Shown piece by piece: positions 60,470 through 64,000 of a stretch of 64,000 bases of DNA. Both the position numbers and the translations under genes were made by a program. Positions within the stretch are counted from its first letter, which is position 1. Each line of letters begins with the position of its first letter. Source of the stretch: Vitrella brassicaformis CCMP3155 (Eukaryota > Protista > Chromerida); NCBI GenBank assembly GCA_001179505.1, contig CDMY01000708.1:124001-188000 (forward strand). Direction: 5' to 3'. The notes below the pieces were generated by a model that saw only the letters and a program-made list of their open reading frames with translations, ran no database searches and was not told the DNA's origin.

Positions 60470-63400
60470 ATGCAGTCAGCCAACAACACAAGTATCCAGA
60501 AGGCGGCTGTGGGTGGGGACGCTCCTCCGGTGACCTATGGGCTCAGTCTGGGTGACTTGCTGGCGCAGGGAGGGCTGAACGACGTCATAACCACAGACAA
60601 GGTGCACACATACACACATACGTCAGGTCTGTCTGTGTCTCCTTCTCCGTATGTCTGTGTGTGTGTGTGTGCGTGTCTCTCCCTTTCCCTCGTTGGGTTG
60701 CAGGGCAGCATGAAGGCCGGCTGGGTGATCATTTATCTCCTCAGTCAGCTTGGCAAGGCCATCAAGTCTCAGCAGCCCGTGTTGGACATATGTAACATCA
60801 CAGGTAGGTGAGCCAGAACCCTTCATTTGATGCGGCTGTGTCTGTCTCACGTGCACGTCTGGCCCGCAGAAAGCACCATTCTGTTCAACTTGCCCCCGCC
60901 GACGGGCGACCAGCATCCAACGTGGAACAAAAACGACGTAAGCAGATGGATCACACGTGTCTCCACGTGTGTATAATGTTAGAATGCACCAATCCTCTGT
61001 CTGCAGCTGCTGCCACGGTCGCTGGACATCGACACACTGACAGTGCGGCTGCACCCCCAGAACTCATTCCACGAGAGACCCGACACTTACCCGGCTGATG
61101 AGCCAAGACGCTTCCCCTGCTGGGACATCATCAGGCAGCGAGACCCCACACTCTCGACCATAGAAGACGCGCCTGCACTTGCCATGTAACTAACCAAAGC
61201 CACACCCACACACAGACACAGATGACCAACGTGATTCGAGTCTCTGATGATTGTCTACAGGCTGATGTACAGGATAGCCAGTCGATGGGAGACTACGGAG
61301 ATCGACCCACCCGGCGAGCTCCGGGATCTGGCTAACATGTTCAGGCCGTCCACCGTGCTGCAGTGCCACCCATACATGGGAGTGCTGCGGGAGCAGAACG
61401 TCACATGTTTCCGGTACGTCATGATGAATCTCCACGACCCGAGATACCTATTCCACAAGACGTGCTCGCCGGAGGCGCAGATCGAGGTGTTCGACGTGGC
61501 GGCAGATATCGCACTGAATGCCACTGACAAATGTCTACCCGCCAATGAGACACACACACATACACACACACACATGAGTGGGGTGCTGTGTTGTGTTGTG
61601 TTGTTGTGTTGTGTGTGCATCTTGTGCAGTGGAGAGCAGCAAGCAGGTGGAGTGGGTGCTGAGCTACAAGGAGATGATGACGCCGCTCAGGGCCATATGT
61701 GCAGCGCCACACGTGTACTGCCTCGCCGAACCTTATGGTACCCTGCCGAACACAGACACAGACACAGACACAGACACACACACACAGAGAGAGAGAGAGA
61801 GACCCCTCTCGTGAGTGCCTTTGCCTGTCCACCCATCCACAGGCGGTGACCTGCATGGGCTGTCGTCGCTGTGGAATGAGACAGGCCTCAAGACAAGCAT
61901 CGACTCAGCCATCCAGATGCAATACGAGGCCTTCCATGTCCGCGACAAGGACGGCACCCCCCATCGGCTGCAGATAATGCACGGAGTTAATGAGTTTGCC
62001 GTCGCAGTGCTGCTCGGCAGCGGTGCTGCCGCGACAGGCGATGTGACAGTGGTAGAGGGCGGCTCGGGGAGACGCATCACGCTAGACGGTGAGTAGGGAC
62101 GGAGGAGCCTCCCATCCCCTGCACAAATCCACGTGTCTGTGCCTCTGTCTCCGCCCGTCAGGCAGGGCGGCCCCTCTGCAGGTTGTCATCAAGGGTCCGT
62201 TAAGACGCAGTCTAGAGCCATCCCGCTATGGCCCAGCTCTGCTGCCGGATGACCGACAGCAGCAGGTTGTCAATGAAGAGCTGTTTTTGAACGAGACACA
62301 AGGTGAGCAAGTGCAGGCACCGACAACCCATGTGTGGGTCGATCTCCATCCATCCATGTGTGTGTATGCAGCGTATGAGGCGTTGTGGAGCAGCCGGAAG
62401 ATAGGTGGCCTGGCTGACGATAAGGGAAATCTCCGCGAGACTTGGCCGAGGGTGCCTCGCTTCTACAAAATGACGGGCGACAGAAGGACTCCTGTCCTCG
62501 ACGGTCAGGCGAACAAACGCCCATATTCCAAAGGCACCATCTCCGTGCGCTTGCAGATTTCCTTGTAATTCCCGTCTTTGACGGCACGAGCATCTATGAC
62601 ATTCAGCGGCACACGGACCTAAATGAGAGGATGCAGCAGCCACCGCGGGAAGGACAGGCAGAGGGAGTGTCCCTTACCGTGGGCGTCTACCTGTTGCTGC
62701 TGCTGACTCAGGTGGCCATAACACTGAAAGCCGATCCCGCAAACACGTGGCACCACTGCCAACTGTAAGCTAGCTTTGTAAGCTTTGTAAGTGCACTGTC
62801 CGGAGGGTTGGGACAAACGTCCTTGTGCGTGTGGTTGGCTTGGCTGCTGCAGGCATCCAGACAATGTGCTGCTGCCGCGGCTGTCGGCACAAGAGCTTGA
62901 AGAGAGACAACGGTCGAACCAGCCCACCTTTTACGCCAAGACCAGAAAGCACGATAACATCCCACAGGTGAGGGAAGAGACAGAGACACAGAGAGCGAGA
63001 GAGAAAGGGGCACCCACCCAACCAGTGTGTCTCGATCCCCTTGTACTGTAGGCGTTTTCTGGCTCTCTGTCCGTCAAAGAGACCATGCGGCTCGGTCTGT
63101 CCACCATATTCAAAGACGACCCCACCGAGAGCTACACCGCCTTCCCCTGCATCGAGCACCGGGGCGTCCATCCCAATGTGTTCATAGGCGACGACGCCGC
63201 GCACGTGTGCGCTTCCATTCTCAAGATGACGGACACCATGTGGCACCAACACCCTGCAAACATCGACGCCGCGCGGCAGCTGTGTGTGGACAGGGAGAAG
63301 TCGTGTCTCGCTGTGGCGGTTGACGTCTTCAATGGGACGCGGCCAGACGTGTTGCCGGCTGAGCAGGTGCAGACGGCTATCGAGGCGTATGGGAAGAAAC

Positions 63401-63495
63401 ATGCACAGCGGCAGGAGGGGCCTCTGCCCTGTTCCCGCGCTGGACAGCTGGCGCTGCTGCAGAGCATAAGGGACGCATTGTCCCTCATGCTCTGA
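60470..63495 (+). CDS. Lineage-specific multi-exon hypothetical protein
   Basis: ATG 60470 (MQSANNTSIQKAAVGGD), then about ten GT-AG-bounded coding-like exons. Last exon ORF ends TGA at 63495. No domain recognised. Confidence 0.7.
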
Positions 63496-64000
63496 CCGAG
63501 CACATGAATTGACGTCAGATGTCTTGATTTGATTCCATCGTGTGTGCGCGCCTCTGTGTCTTGTGTCAACCTGTGTGTGGGGATGGATGAGCACGGCAGT
63601 GGCAGCAGTGTGAAGTGAACGCATCGCAGTCAAATGGAAGGACGGACCGAGGAGAGAGACGGAGACAGGGATGGTTGTGACTGCCCTGACGATTGTGTGT
63701 GCAGTGCAGGTGTGGCACCTGGTGACATGTCGGTTAGAGATTCTTACAGGGAGTGATAAGTAGACACTAGGACTTACCTCGGACTACGACTTAGGCCGAT
63801 GGATGGATGGATGCCCGGGGTATGAGCGTGGGGTATGTGTGTGGCAGACGGATGGACAGATTTGCGTGTGTCCTGTCCTGCAGTCAGTCAGTGTCGCATC
63901 AGCCCATTGCATTGGCATCGCATAGCATCCAGGGTCCATCCGTCCGTCAATCCGTCCATATCAATCAAGGGTAGGTCTAAGCAGGCAGGCCCTGCACCCA

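Noticed and set aside
1-64000. Hundreds of short six-frame ORFs rich in THTHT, CVCVC, RERER, QTDRQ, MDGWM
   Set aside because: They are translations of intronic (CA)n, (GA)n, (CAGA)n and (GGAT)n microsatellites or antisense shadows of real exons.
1-64000. Genome-wide stop-codon reassignment as the explanation for the internal TGA/TAG
   Set aside because: Other genes terminate normally at TAG (AP2, START, uS14), TGA (VPS13, TrhO fusion, CEP41) and TAA (SPT, Oxa1).
1-64000. CRISPR arrays, rRNA/tRNA genes, transposase or reverse transcriptase ORFs
   Set aside because: No repeat-spacer arrays, no recognisable structural RNA and no mobile-element protein motifs seen by eye; tRNAscan/Infernal were not run.

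Overview
Eukaryotic, GC-rich, intron-dense DNA. Short GT-AG introns are full of (CA)n, (GA)n, (CAGA)n and (GGAT)n microsatellites. Style and gene content (multi-AP2 transcription factor, apicomplexan-type SPT, bipartite plastid-targeting leaders) suggest a chromerid alveolate, probably Vitrella brassicaformis-like; this is inference. I can support 15 protein-coding genes: a membrane protein with a DEG/ENaC-like motif, a 4xAP2 factor, SAE1/Aos1, a ~16 kb VPS13B-like gene, a DUF4864-like plastid protein, a TrhO-rhodanese/O-methyltransferase fusion, a START protein, SPT, Oxa1, a METTL21-like methyltransferase, mitochondrial uS14, a ~12.8 kb sushi/fucolectin mosaic protein, CEP41, a GH97 glycosidase and a lineage-specific hypothetical. 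There is a 300-N gap at 35949-36248. Highlights: (1) a putatively plastid-targeted fusion of the tRNA U34 hydroxylase TrhO to a TrmR-family methyltransferase, a candidate one-polypeptide mo5U34 pathway; (2) a giant surface protein with repeated S-F-x-E/Q motifs and two in-frame stops (TGA at a Cys position, TAG at an E/Q position); (3) an intron-containing bacterial-family GH97; (4) 14 of 15 genes in head-to-head pairs, most sharing an (R)AGCTCGC element. Exon boundaries were read by eye and are approximate unless stated. No database searches were run.
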